Positions 45,109 to 57,213 of a stretch of DNA of 64,000 bases are shown piece by piece. This stretch comes from Perkinsus olseni. Taxonomy: Eukaryota. The notes beneath the pieces are model-generated. The model did no database searches and had not been told where the DNA came from. It saw only the letters and a list, made by a program, of their open reading frames with translations. The first letter of the stretch is position 1. Each line of letters begins with the position of its first letter. Location: the NCBI GenBank assembly GCA_013115125.1, contig JABANN010000027.1, forward strand, positions 1 to 64,000, read 5' to 3'. A program made the translations under genes and the position numbers.

Positions 45109-45836
45109 TCACCGTCTTGTTGTTGTTCTCGCATAAGCGTTCTCTTGACCGTCGGCGATCTCTTCGGACTCGAGATCGTCGGACTCGGTTATTGAATTCA
45201 CACAGAGTGTGCTGCTGGACGGCTCATAAGAGGCGCCCCCTTTATGAAGCTGAGACCTCCAGTCGTTTACATCCATCGGGGCCTCTTGCTCTCTATGAGA
45301 GGGCCTTAAACGAGGAACACCCGTCATGGCAGGACCCTTCGCAGTCCGAGGCAACCTAATACGGACACGATAGGGCGTACTAGGAACACACCGCAGTGCC
45401 ACCCGCCACGAAGTAAATCAGCTTGCCCTTCCGCTTTACGAATTTCCTCTCGTCGCGAGGGCCAATTAGAGCCTGAGGTAAAGCGCGTGGTGGTAGAAGG
45501 ACGGGGGAAGGGCTCACAGGAATAGGGCCCGGTGGGCCTGGACAGGCTTGAGTAGGTTCGGGGCTGCCTGTATTTTTCAATCCTGTGGAACGCCTGAGGG
45601 TTATTGGTTATGATAATGTTTATCATAGTGGATTATCGTTGGACCTCCTCTGCGATTCGTATATGTCTCATTCGCATAACATAGCCGTTGAAGGGAGTGA
45701 TTCCTTCTCTAGGACTCGAGGGAGGAGGTGGGCAGGCCGGGACCTCGTTCGAGTCCCCCGAGGATGACTTGCAGTTTATCCCGGCCACTAAGGGTTCGTC
45801 CGTGGTCATTACAAGTACCGCAGCCTTGCCGACCAT
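45109..45836 (-). CDS. Small hypothetical protein (4 exons)
   Basis: Three in-phase GT-AG joins connect MVGKAAV...RIAEE / AFHRIEKY...PYS / SNWPSRR...LRG / LPRTAKG...TTTRR*. Confidence 0.55.
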
Positions 45837-45907
45837 TGCTGCCCCCCTATATGCAACTCAGGCCGTCAGCAAAGTCGTATGAAACATGCGAGAAGCATAT
45901 GATAGCA

Positions 45908-48252
45908 TTAGTATTGCCTCGCAATGGCTCGGCGTAGCTCAGTGGTCACAGGGGCGAAGGACTTTTGCGCCCGAGTCTTCACCTTGTCGTGTATCCGCTT
46001 GACAGCAAGGCAGATCACCTCATCCCACAATTGCTGAGTCGGTTGTGGCAGCTCACTCCTGCAGAACCCCTCACCATGAAAGTACGAAAATATCTTTTCC
46101 CACTCACCATTTGGGGAGCAGCAGAGATGAGGGAATTCTTGGCCGTGCGATGATATCAACTCCGGCAACACTGCCGTTCTCAGAGGGTAGGAAGATACTC
46201 CTGAAGACAAGGCTGGCCCGGAGGGTCGCAATGGGCCCCGTCTACATCTCCGAAATATAGACGCTCCTGCCTGACCACTGCTGTATGCGGCTGTAGTGTG
46301 CTAGCGCCCGATCCGTCTCCAAGTTGTGTTCCTCGTCGCGGGCCGCCCCCAAGGTGAGACTGAGCAGCACGAGGCATGTGTTGGTCACGGAGTCCAAGGA
46401 CAGACAGGACGCTGCCCACTAGCCAACTGCCAAACGGCAGGTCCAAGGACTAGCGGCCGCTAGAGGGCCCAGGGCACGCTGACCTCAATAGATTTCCGAA
46501 GTTCCCTTTCCGAGCTTGGCACAGGTACACGTGGTTTGGATGCGCCTTCCTCAATCGAAATAGAGACATAGGCTCCACAGTGGAACCTCTACCATCTGGA
46601 TATTGGAGGACCAATGAGAGGCTCTCCAACACTTCCAGCTTGGCCATCGCCTGGGAGAGGGTCCAGCCCGAAGGGACCGTATGGGAAGCATCTTCACCTG
46701 CACAGCTGCGTCTACGGAGTTCTCGCTGGGTGGGCTGCTGCCATTTAGCCAAGTGGTGCTCGATAAGACGACACCGCTGAGCTGGATGCGCCTATCGAGA
46801 ACGAGTTCACTACCGCCCGGCGAACGGTCGTCGGTGTGACCTCAAGGACGCTCGCGAATTGATGATGATGGGAGCCAGCCAGCGAGCGCTGAGGGGCCAT
46901 GACGGCAGGTCGGATCCGACATTCCACAGGCCAGCGTCTGGGACGAATCCTAGGTGGGTGAGCGGCTGTCGTGGTGGTTCCAGAGCCGTCACTGCCGATT
47001 CACAGTTCACCTAAATCCACGGAAGCCTGAGGGGGAGGGGGAGAAGGGGGGAGGGCGTCCCGTTCATGCCAACCTCCGGTGGGACGTGAACCCATATGGA
47101 GTTGAGCGATCTCGCGGCCGACGAGAGAACACAGCGGACAAGCACCTGGACGTGGAGGTCGACGGGAGCACCAGTGAGGGAAGGGCGAGGACCTGCATCG
47201 CCCTCTGGGCCTGTGTTGTGTCTCTCTTGCGGTTCGCAGGACCGATGCAGATCCGCTGCAGACGAGCCAATCGGAAATCAACCGGGGCCTCGAGGGCGAA
47301 CGCCCGGCCTGTGGCGATTGCATGCATCTTGATCCACACTAGAGAGGTCGAGCTGATGTCGAGGGACCGGACCTGCTGCCAGTCTACCCTCTGGAAGGGG
47401 AAACGGCTGCTGTTCTGAGAGGGCACCTTGAAAGAGAAACGGCAGCAGAGATGTCGCTGGAGAGTGACGGTGGCGACAAATGGCATTCCCGGTGCTCAGC
47501 CGAGAGGTGCACGCCTACCCTAACGTGAGGCAGAAGCAGGAGAGGCTGCCTCTGACTGAACCCTTCATGCGGCACGAGTCCGAGCGGCACTGCGGCCAAC
47601 CTCGAGGCGAGGCCAAGGTGAATGACGTCGCTCTGGTGGAGGAAGATGACAATGCCAATGAGCAGCTCCCGATTACCTAAAACCAGCTACCTGGCGTGAC
47701 GGGTGCCCCATAGCTGGCGTCGCGAGGTAGTAGCCCTCCGTGTACTAACGTCGTCTTTACTAACTACGCTTACCAAGGAGGATCTCTCGTGGCCCTTCAT
47801 GGGCAATTGGGCAATGCGGCCAGCTGGCTGAGGATGCCGGTGATGAATAGCACAGATCTTGCTGTTTCAGCAGCATATCGACCTAGTGGCAGGAGGAGCG
47901 ATAATATGGGAAGTTTGGCCATCCCTCCAGCGTAGCGGCTACGTGCGAGTACTCTCTGAGATGGCCGCAAAGGGTGAGTGTGGACACGTCCGGACAGGTG
48001 GCGACCAGGCGCGCGGGGCACCACACGACTGGCTACCGGCCGCCAGCTCGGATGAGTTCTAGGCCATTCTCAACGACAACTACCCAGCGGTGCTCACTTG
48101 CTTTCGAATGAGCAGCCTTTGAGTACCTTGCGATGGATGGAATCCAGCTTGGCATTGACCTCACGCCGGAAAGCCCGAAAGCTTTCTCCAACGTCGTCAA
48201 TAGTGGCTAACTGCGGGGCCGGTCCCTCTGCCTCTAGGCTGCTTGCGGACAT
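45908..48252 (-). CDS. Probable F-box protein
   Basis: The spliced N-terminus MSASSLEAE...AKLDSIHRK-VDMLLK...EILLG-NRELLIGIVIFLHQSDVIHLGLASR fits the F-box pattern (ELL-x2-I-x2-FL-x3-D-x3-L-x-L-x-SR). Downstream exons at 47064-47486, 46450-46752 and 45908-46231. Confidence 0.6.
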
Positions 48253-48760
48253 GCGGAATTGAGCAGACTACGGGCCGGCGGAGAGAGCGAATTGACATAA
48301 CACCACAAGACATTGTCGCTTTATGATGATGTTGTTGTTAATAATGTTAAGGAGTAGTAGTAGATGGTGCAATACTATTATCATCACCTTCCTTCGTATC
48401 GAGGGATACGGCAGCAAGGTAGTCTCGTTAGTTGTTCATGTTGTGGTAGTAGTAGAATGAATAAGAGGGGGAGGAGTCGGTGGAGAGGGTAAGCGGATAC
48501 ACTCAAAAGCGTGTAGATGACGAGGACGACAACAACAACAACCCAAGCAACCTCAGGAAGCTAAGGCACGAGAAGCGGCGGCGACGGCGGGAGCAGCAGC
48601 AGCAGCAAGATTATACGACGCTACTCAGCACTTCGAGCACGGCAATTATCACCATTACCCACTATTTTGTTGATGATGATAATAATAGAGGACACCAAGT
48701 GGCGAAAACAGCGAACCCGAAGGCGGCGATGTAGCGATGACGGCAGAAGTGCAGCCATCT

Positions 48761-49490
48761 CTAGAACGTCGACGAGCCTTCAGCACTGGGCGTGGTAGTC
48801 GATCCCTCAGGTACCGAAGCACTCTGCTGTTGTTGCTGCTGGTAGCGGTGTTGGTCCGCCATGTCAGGCTGCTGCTGCTGCTGAGGAGCTTTACCGCCCA
48901 TCGCAATGCTACCACTACTATCAATGTTCCAATTGCTTCTTTCATAGTCACTCCTCTGTCCTTGGGCCAGATCGGGCGCGTCTTCAGAGCCTCTTTGGGC
49001 CGGTACTCCAGTCGTGTCCAGGCCGGATTGTGACTCAAGTGCTTGTGCTAGCTGTTCGTGCTGCTGCTGCTGCTGCTGCTGCCTGGCTTGCTGCTGCTGC
49101 TGTTGGTGAAGGAAATCGTACTGCTGCTGTTGCAGGGTCGGAGCCCCTTGTGGTGACTGCAGTTGTTGCTGCTGCTGCTGCTGCTCAGCCGACCCCCAAC
49201 CATCAGCCCTTGGATTTAAGAGCCCTCCCACGTCATTAGCCTTCCTACTACCGCCTTGCTGATGATGTTGATTGAGAGCAGCCCCGCCGCCCCTGCCGCC
49301 TTTAGCCACCTGAAGACCCCCATGTCGAGTCCCTCTACCACCTTTCCTCGGGGACGGCACTGTGGCTCCTGCCCCTCCCCATTGCTGGCCGCCAGAGGCC
49401 CCCTCGCTGGCCGATCCTTGGGGCATCCCGGCAGGCTGGTAGTAGCCGGAGAACTTGGGCGGAGTACCCCCACTAGGGTTGGGAAGCAAA

Positions 49491-49539
<49 letters not shown>

Positions 49540-51694
49540 GAGACGGGAAGGCCATTGAAGGGGGCGGGGGCGGTGTCCACACCACACCTTGCTGTTGGGC
49601 TGCAGCAGCAGCGGCCATCGTAGCGGCTATATAACCCTGCTGAAATGCCGCGATCGTCGCGGCGTCTGCAGCAGCAGTGCCCGCATGTGGCAGCTGCATC
49701 ATAGAAGCGCTCGCCGCCGAGGGCATACCGCCGTGAGAGTAGGGAGACATCGGGGCCGCACCAGTACTGTTGCCAGCGTTGCTGCCATATTGCTGCTTCT
49801 GTTGCCTAAACTGCTGTTGTTGTTGCTGCTGCTGCCTCTTGCCGCCCCGACGACGATCATTATTTCTGCTCTCATCGTCCAGGAGCGGCCCTCCAGCACC
49901 TGCTCCCCCTAGGACCGGAAAGGCCGCGTTGTAGGCCACTGGGTCGGTGTGCAGCGTCGGTGGCGCTTGCTGAACTCTCCCCAGCTGCGGTATAATCGAT
50001 ACAGCTTGACGATTATAACTGATGAAACAAAAAGATCTGAAAGCCCCATCGACCTTTTCCGCCCTACTCCGGATCGTCAAGATCAGTCCCCTTGGGGATG
50101 TGCTTGCGGGCGACGCCATCAATGCCCGCCAAGTCTTCGTTTGAGCACACGACAGGCGTGCTATCCTCCTTTTCAAAAATCTTGGCTCGAATCTTATTGT
50201 AGTGTTCTTCCCGCTGATCAACCTAAGAAGCGGCCATCCCGACTCTAGCGACGACAGCGTGGACCCCTCACCGGCAGGTTGTGCAGCAGGTTTGCCTCGG
50301 AGTGCTTCCCTCCTTCATCGCTCGAGGACTCGTCTGGCCGGGACATTCCACCACTCTTGTTTTTCGAGCCCGGACCTCTTCGCAGGATCTTCACACTGCG
50401 GCGCTTCATAGCGCCCGCTGCGCCCGCTGGGCCTCCCTCTCCGGCCATCGTTTCCGACGGTGTGCCTCCACCAAAGGCATCCCCTTCACTGCAAGTGCCT
50501 CTCATGTGAGCGCAATGCTCTTCACTCGACGCTACTCCGCCCTACACAAGTGCAGTGATTCGATCGACTACCACACTTCGCCCGACTCACCTCGCAAGCC
50601 CCCTCATCGGAGTGAGCCCGATGGTCATGCGGCGGTGGTACATCGGTATCAAATCGCTCTTGTTCTTGTTGTTCTTGATGATGATGCTGTTGACGATGCT
50701 GAGGCTTCGGCATATACGGCCAAGGCCGACCATTGTCGTTCATCTCAGCTGCCTCCAAGGCACTCCGGCACAGTTCTTGTAGTATAGTATTGGGGACACA
50801 GGTCCGCTCCGTACGTATCAGAGTAACAGTACTCATCTCAGAGCCTTTAGTATAGTCGACCTCCCGATCCATTCTGAGGACGACACCAAGAATACCGCCT
50901 TGCCGTTTACGGCTTGTTACCTGAAGTAGTCCCCCAGCTTATGTATGAGCATCCGCTGGTACTTCCCCAAAGGGTTAGTCAACTTCAAGCGTTCAGAATC
51001 CGTTTCGGTGATCTGCACTCGATATTCAAGCCTCACCATTGAGCACTCTCCCTCACCATCCTGTGTATGGCGGGCTCCACCTCCAGAAGCAATCGCCTGT
51101 GTTGCGGCTGCTTCAATGCGCTGACGATTGCGCGGTCAACGTCCTCGGTTGCCGCCAGGGCTTCGTCGAAGTGTACGAGCTGCTTAGTACTGCCCGGAAT
51201 CCCCCCTCGTCTATTGTGGAGCCCTGAGACCCGCCAAATGCTAACCCCGCAGCCCCTGTCCCGCCCCGATCATTACTCTGTTGTTGCATTCCCCTGGGAT
51301 TGAACCCGGGACCTCCTTGTTGCTGTCCAGTAGAAGTAGATAATACATTTCCCATGATTGGTGACACCATGCCATTGCCAGGTCCATATGCTCCCATAGG
51401 GTATGCGGCCATCATAAAGTGGCCGCCAGCCGGCATCGCGTAAACCCCTCCAGGGGCGGCTGGGTATCCTACGCCCATCTCAGAACTTCCAGTGAAGCCC
51501 TGTGGGGGAGGGGGTGGGTAGTAGTGTCCAAGTTGAGGAGACGATCGAGCATGTTGCTGCTCCTGCTGAGTTGGCTGCTGCTGTTGCTGAGCAACAGCCG
51601 TAGGCTGTGGCTGGCCGCCGTCTGCCACTCTAGGGGCTGATGAAGATGCTGAAAATTGCCTTGTGAAAGGCGGCTGGGGGCCGCCGCCGCTCAT
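48761..51694 (-). CDS. R3H + SUZ domain RNA-binding protein (R3HDM/ARPP21/Rbs1/encore-like) with Gln-rich low-complexity regions
   Basis: Spliced R3H motif LGKYQRMLIHKLGDYF (about 50920-50970), SVKILRR, SUZ motif VDQREEHYNKIRAKIFE (about 50175-50223) and extensive poly-Q/G/P regions. Confidence 0.85.
49496..49540 (-). repeat. Pure (CAA)15 coding microsatellite (poly-Gln)
   Basis: 45 nt of uninterrupted TTG on the plus strand within the R3H-SUZ gene. Confidence 0.95.
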
Positions 51695-51928
51695 TCAGGT
51701 TAATAAAAAGACAAAGGGGAATGCCCCGAGAATAACCGAACAACACTAAAGTCATCAGATACCACGCCGCTCCGCCGCCCCTGCACTCACAAAAACACCA
51801 TTCCGCGCAAGCCCTACGAAGGTCAAGGCGAAGAAATCTGCCTGTGACGAGGCGCTGGCGTCCGATCGTCATCGATGAGCACTAAAATCGATCAAGATGG
51901 CGAGCGCGGCTGTCCGCGCAAAAATGCA

Positions 51929-53800
51929 ATGTCACGGCTCAAGTCTGGTATTGCCACTGTAAAGTCATGTCTCGTCCACCGGATGCGTTGGGATCCATCT
52001 ACCAGGGACTGGAATCCCCACGGTGAGTGTCCGGCGACAGTACCACTCCCTCCCCAACCATTGTTTTAGGCCCAACGCCATCCTAGCTGCACTCGCTACA
52101 ATGCAGACCCTCGACAACAGGGAGTATCACTCAGGTGGGGAGTCGGCTTGTTGTTTGTATTGTCATCGGATGGATGCGGGTTCAATCCTCGGTCGCGGAG
52201 TTATTAGCTGTCGAGCAGATTAGTTGGTGAAAGTGTGGTACAGTAAGGCAGATGGTCAGGCACATCTTTATCGTCATCGCCCACGAAACAATCATCATCG
52301 TCGTCCACCTTCGACCCAAGTAAACAACACGACCCCAATCGACCTCTCCACATCCCCCAGAGCATCAACCTAGATATCAAAAGACAGAGGTCGCTGTCTG
52401 GAGATGAAACGGCCTTCAGCCCCACCTCTGCCACTACAATCGCCACAGTTGATCCGTCCACCCCTTCCAGCAGCCAACGAGTCGATGACGGCTCCGACTA
52501 CCTTCGCTTCGTCTTGTTCCCGGACACTCATCAGAGTGACGTCCCGAGACAGGTAGGGGAAAAGTACGTAGAGTCACGCCCTCAGCTGCATAGTACTGCT
52601 AGATATCGTTACCATTGAATACGCCTCGAAACCGCTTGTTCGACGACGCGTCGCCAGGACGAGGCTCGGCTACTTCCTACGAAACGCAGTTGAAAGCCCT
52701 CCAAGCAGCGCTGGGTAAGAGGGGATCCACGCCATGCTGCGATGCCAAGGCGAAGAGCGCGTTTCCGTTCAGCTCATCAGAGCCGGACGACACCGGATCG
52801 ATTCGAACTTCATCAGCCGTCACGCATGCTTGACTTGCCTAGTAGGGCGCTCCAATGGTGTCAGTCACCGTAGTGTACTGTTGTTTGCTCAGTTCATCGA
52901 GAAAATTCGTTCAATCTACCGAAGCCTTCCCCTTGGGGAGGCATGCCGGTGTCTCCACGGATGTTCTATCAGACATCATCATCATCAACAGCGACTGCAG
53001 AGGCGTCGGCCAAGCCAGATGTGACAACTAACTTGTCTTTTTTTGTACTCGAATTGAAAAGCTCCCTCAGGGTCGGCAGAAATCTCTGCCCCAAGACCTC
53101 ACTCCTGCTGCTGTTAATCAGCTGGATATGGAAGATGTAGTACTGGCATGACTGCGGTGTGGTTCCGTTTGTGTCGTCACCATGTGTCTTAGATTATTAT
53201 ACCACAGATCCGTTTGGGTGAGGCTGGCAGGAGCCGGCTGAAGGCGATACTCTCTCAGTGTCTCCGAAGTAACCCCGGACTCCGACCAGTAGGTGTCCCT
53301 AGCCGACTGTCGTTCTATCATTGTTGTTTGTGTTGTTAGATATGCAACAGTATCGCGAGGTTAAAGAGTGCTACAGTACCACAACTCCTTCACATGGCCG
53401 GAATATGTGGATGCATGGACAAGGCCATGGCCATCGCTCAGGACTATCAGCAGACCAGGGCGGCTAAGGTTGGCCTCCCCAAGTTGTGGGGCTGTCGATT
53501 CCGTCCTACTCAGAGCCGGAAGCCAAGAACTCCTGGGGGTAGTCGGTTCAACGCTGTGAGTCATCGCTGTTGTCGACCTCTATTATAGGCGGTCTTTGTG
53601 TAGGTGAATCTGGCACCCGAAGGCGCACAACCAGATGCTGTTGCGAGCAGTACTGAGTTGCCCAGTGAACACCCCGAAGCTGTCCAACAGTAGGGGTCGC
53701 TGAGCCAAGGCCGATGATTATCATTTGTTTGGTCAGGTACCCTTCGAATGGGGATGATGAATCGAACCGTCCCCAGAGGTGGTGAAATCGTGAATGTCTC
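51929..53800 (+). CDS. Hypothetical multi-exon low-complexity protein
   Basis: Regular short GT-AG intron-like segments (from 51959, 52023, 52134, 52552, 53556) flank Ser/Pro-rich exon-like blocks. No domain recognised; boundaries uncertain. Confidence 0.4.
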
Positions 53801-53980
53801 GCATGTCCATCAATCGTCATCCGAAAGCTGCCCATTTTACCAAGTCGTCGTTGTTGTGATGGCCCGGGAGAATTGCGTTAGAGAGTTGAACGCAAGTCGA
53901 TTCACGAGGATGAAGGAAGGAACACAGCTAGTGGTGTCAGAATATTGCACAGAAACAGTAGCGGTGTATCAACTGTACAT

Positions 53981-54668
53981 TTACCATTTATGAACATCTT
54001 TATCACCAGTGGACATGAAAGAGTCGATAACGATAGAGAAGGCAGCAAATCCAGCACAACCCATTGCCATAGCCTGGGGGCCTCCTTTGTAGGCTAGAGC
54101 AGCGCCAGTGAGACAGCCAGCATAAATAGAGTTGTTCAGGTCATGGGAGCCCCTCGCACGCTCAACGAAGCAGTCCACGCCAGAATACACGGCACCACAC
54201 TGAAAACAAGAAGACGACGCTGCTGTCATGAGAAAACTACTACGGAGGGATTTTTCTCAACCCGATTAGTACCACTGCGAATCCTTTGGCCATTGAGACG
54301 GATGCTTGCCCGAAGCCTTTGTATGCCTGACGAACTTGCTGACGGAAAGGGAGGCTTGCATCGACATCAATAGGTTGCATCGTGTGGAAAAAGCCGCCCA
54401 TGAGGAGACCGAGAGCCCCTCCCATGAAGTAGGATGAGACAGCTCGACCGAGGCAGGACTCGAAGATGACTTGGGGGTTCATCTTGATCCGCTGCCAGTA
54501 GGAGAGGTTGCTGTACTCGGCCTGGTCCTTGTTGACGAAAGTCAAGTGGCGGTACTCGGGCCGAAGGAAAATGTCGATTGTGTCATCCATCTTGGTGGGG
54601 GGAGGGGATGCACGATCAGCCTCGGGTGTGGGCGTCTCTGCTGTCACTGGTGAGGAGGGCTCTGTCAT
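53981..54668 (-). CDS. TIM22: Mitochondrial inner-membrane translocase Tim22 (2 exons)
   Basis: [24 protein letters not shown], then [65 protein letters not shown]. Tim17/22/23 family with the Tim22-type ESC and GCAGFAAFS motifs. Confidence 0.93.
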
Positions 54669-55998
54669 TAGATATAAAACACTATAAAACTGTCAAAGAT
54701 CAGTAATCTCAAGCTGAGCCACGGCCGAGGAAATCATCAACCGTACAGCAATGCAGGACAGGAGCCCGCAGAAAGGGTGCTCAGTAGACCTGCTCTGAAC
54801 TTCAAGGACGCTCCTGGGACTCAATCTTACGCGTAGAAGACGATCCTGATCTAGAAACTTTGGAGAGGCAGTCTTCCGAGAACGCCATGATCGTGGCACT
54901 CAAACGACAACCCGATGATCTCCACTCCCTCCTCACTACCGATTGGCCCCTCCTCGACCGACCACGCCCGGACTGCGATGAGCCCTATGACTGTCAGCTG
55001 AGCGATAATCACGCCGCCGGCCGGAACAGAGAATGAGGGGACGGTACACGACACTAGATGGGGACGCTCGTTAAGACGCCGTCAGTTCTCTGAAACCAGG
55101 GGAGGGTGCAGACAATACACCCCAGCTGGCGAAGACCTTGACGGCGCATCGACAACGTAATCCCAGCAGCAAAGACTGGAGGCCTTCCGTGATTCTAACG
55201 CTCAGCTTGGCAAGGTCACTGAGCTGAATCCGAATACATCAGGCCTGCTGGACACTCGGGGTCCATTGAACTGGGCAGTGTAGCCTTGGGAAGTAAAGTG
55301 AACGCGCTAGTCGAGGTAATCCTCCGTCTTCGCGACCGGGGCGGTGCGAGACACCGTTGGTTTTGACCATACTTTCAATTGTGTGCGTCTGAATCTACCA
55401 GTAGTTTCTCTCGACAAGATGACGCTTTAAGTCCCAACAAACCCACATCCTTGTATTAAGGTCGAGACCATGCCTCGTACGCGAGCACACCCGGGCGCGC
55501 GCGTTTTTCTCGCAGGGACTTTCGATGAAAGAGCCGAAAAGAACTCTGACCTTTGCTGAGAAGTCCGATGCTCCTTGATTGAGTGGCATTGTGCCCATTC
55601 AACTCTAGTTGGCTGAGCACTCCGTGAGTCACGTCACTCAGAGGTCGGCTCTTCCGAGTCAGAAGGGACACACAGCACTTCCACAGCGAAACGGCGCGAT
55701 AATCTCCTTTCAAGGACGCTCCGTTCATACCATCTTTTCGCGAACTTGTGTAATCGGGCTTGACCTCGAGATCCTAACGGTAGGCGTGTGGGGCTGTTGA
55801 AGGGGCGGTCTCGTCTCCGGTGATCTGGCGACGGGGACGTGACATGCACGCGTCATTTCTCGCCGTGACACGGGACACAGCTTGAATTTATCAGCTGAGC
55901 ATGGACGGGATTATCCAGCAAGCAATCTTTTGAGAGATCAGTTACACTTTTTGCGGACTTCTGGTCCAGCCTATCCTTTGTTATAATACTGCTCACTG

Positions 55999-56724
55999 AT
56001 GAGCTCCTGCGCTTCGGTACCTTGTACTACGCCCGGCGTCGTCGACGGATATGAGTTGGCCGAGGTGTCTAAAGACTGGTCCCTTATTAAGAAGCGTATG
56101 TACAAGACCCAAGTTTGCAAATATTACGTTCGTGGTAAATGCCTTCACGGGTCGTTATGTGCTTTCGCGCATTCAATAGACGAGCTTAACCGGAAGCCCA
56201 ATCTTTCGAAAACCAAGCTCTGCGTCAAGCCTGGTTGTAATAACCCTAATTGCTCTTTTGCTCATACCCTTGAAGAGCTGAGGTTGGATTCTAACATCAC
56301 TAACAACAGCGCCATCAACATCAGCCATGCTGCTGCCGAAGCTTATATTGATGATCCACTCTATCTGGATTACTTTGAACAGCAGCGCAGCATTTTATGT
56401 TGTACGCGCGGTTGTGGTAGCGGTAGTGGTGGCGGCGGTGGACCGGGCCTACTACCAGATCCCCCGACTTCTGCTGCCCTGCAGCACAGTGTGAACTTCG
56501 GCAGTGGGAAGCAGATCGTGACTAAGACTCATCGTCGTAGAGGTTCTTCTCCTAGAGTTCTGAGGGAGTCTAGGACCTCTCCTAGGCTTTCGACCATACA
56601 TGTTTCACATACATCCTCATCGTGCGGTGGATACGATATCGACGAGATAAAGAACCTTGTAGAATGTTTAAAGGTTTTATCACATATTGAAGGAGGCAGC
56701 ATCGGAGAGGTTCGTACTGCTTGA
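55999..56724 (+). CDS. Tandem CCCH zinc-finger protein, intronless
   Basis: YKTQVC-x7-C-x5-C-x3-H followed by KTKLC-x4-C-x4-C-x3-H, in a single 241-aa ORF. Confidence 0.9.
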   Translation: MSSCASVPCTTPGVVDGYELAEVSKDWSLIKKRMYKTQVCKYYVRGKCLHGSLCAFAHSIDELNRKPNLSKTKLCVKPGCNNPNCSFAHTLEELRLDSNITNNSAINISHAAAEAYIDDPLYLDYFEQQRSILCCTRGCGSGSGGGGGPGLLPDPPTSAALQHSVNFGSGKQIVTKTHRRRGSSPRVLRESRTSPRLSTIHVSHTSSSCGGYDIDEIKNLVECLKVLSHIEGGSIGEVRTA

Positions 56725-57213
56725 GTTATGAAGCTAGGTTGTCAAACAGCCTGCGTCTATTTTCTGTTATCGGTTACCGGTAATCGCAGAACCGATTATT
56801 TCTTAGCTGACGAGCTGCGTGGCCCGGCCTGCTAGCACTATCGCTACTCGATCTCACCAAAGTCGGATTAATGGACGAAATAATAATGATATAACCGATA
56901 CTACTAAAGCACTATTGATTGATGTCACTTGTACGGCATCAACTCATTATTATTCCCAACTCTCCTCGTTGTCACACTTTCACTATTCACAGTATAGGAC
57001 TTGCTAGACCCAGCCTTGCAAGGATCAAGTCTGTCAGCATATGTCATACTGCCCGATGAGTCTTTCTCTTCTCCTCGCCTCTCTGTCTTTCGTCGAGGTA
57101 CAACAACAGTAGTTGCGTTATGGAGGTAACGGGGTGGAGGGAAAGGGGAGTCTGGTCAAGATGCATGGTGAAAGAAATCGATACTTCGAGTGCCTGTGCT
57201 GCTGCGTGAGCTC

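Noticed and set aside
48737-49912. Plus-strand poly-Leu/poly-Ala ORFs
   Set aside because: They are antisense shadows of the poly-Gln codons of the R3H-SUZ gene.
42692-56724. Functional cluster of RNA-binding genes (PUF, R3H-SUZ, CCCH)
   Set aside because: They are interspersed with unrelated genes on both strands, and these families are common enough for chance proximity.
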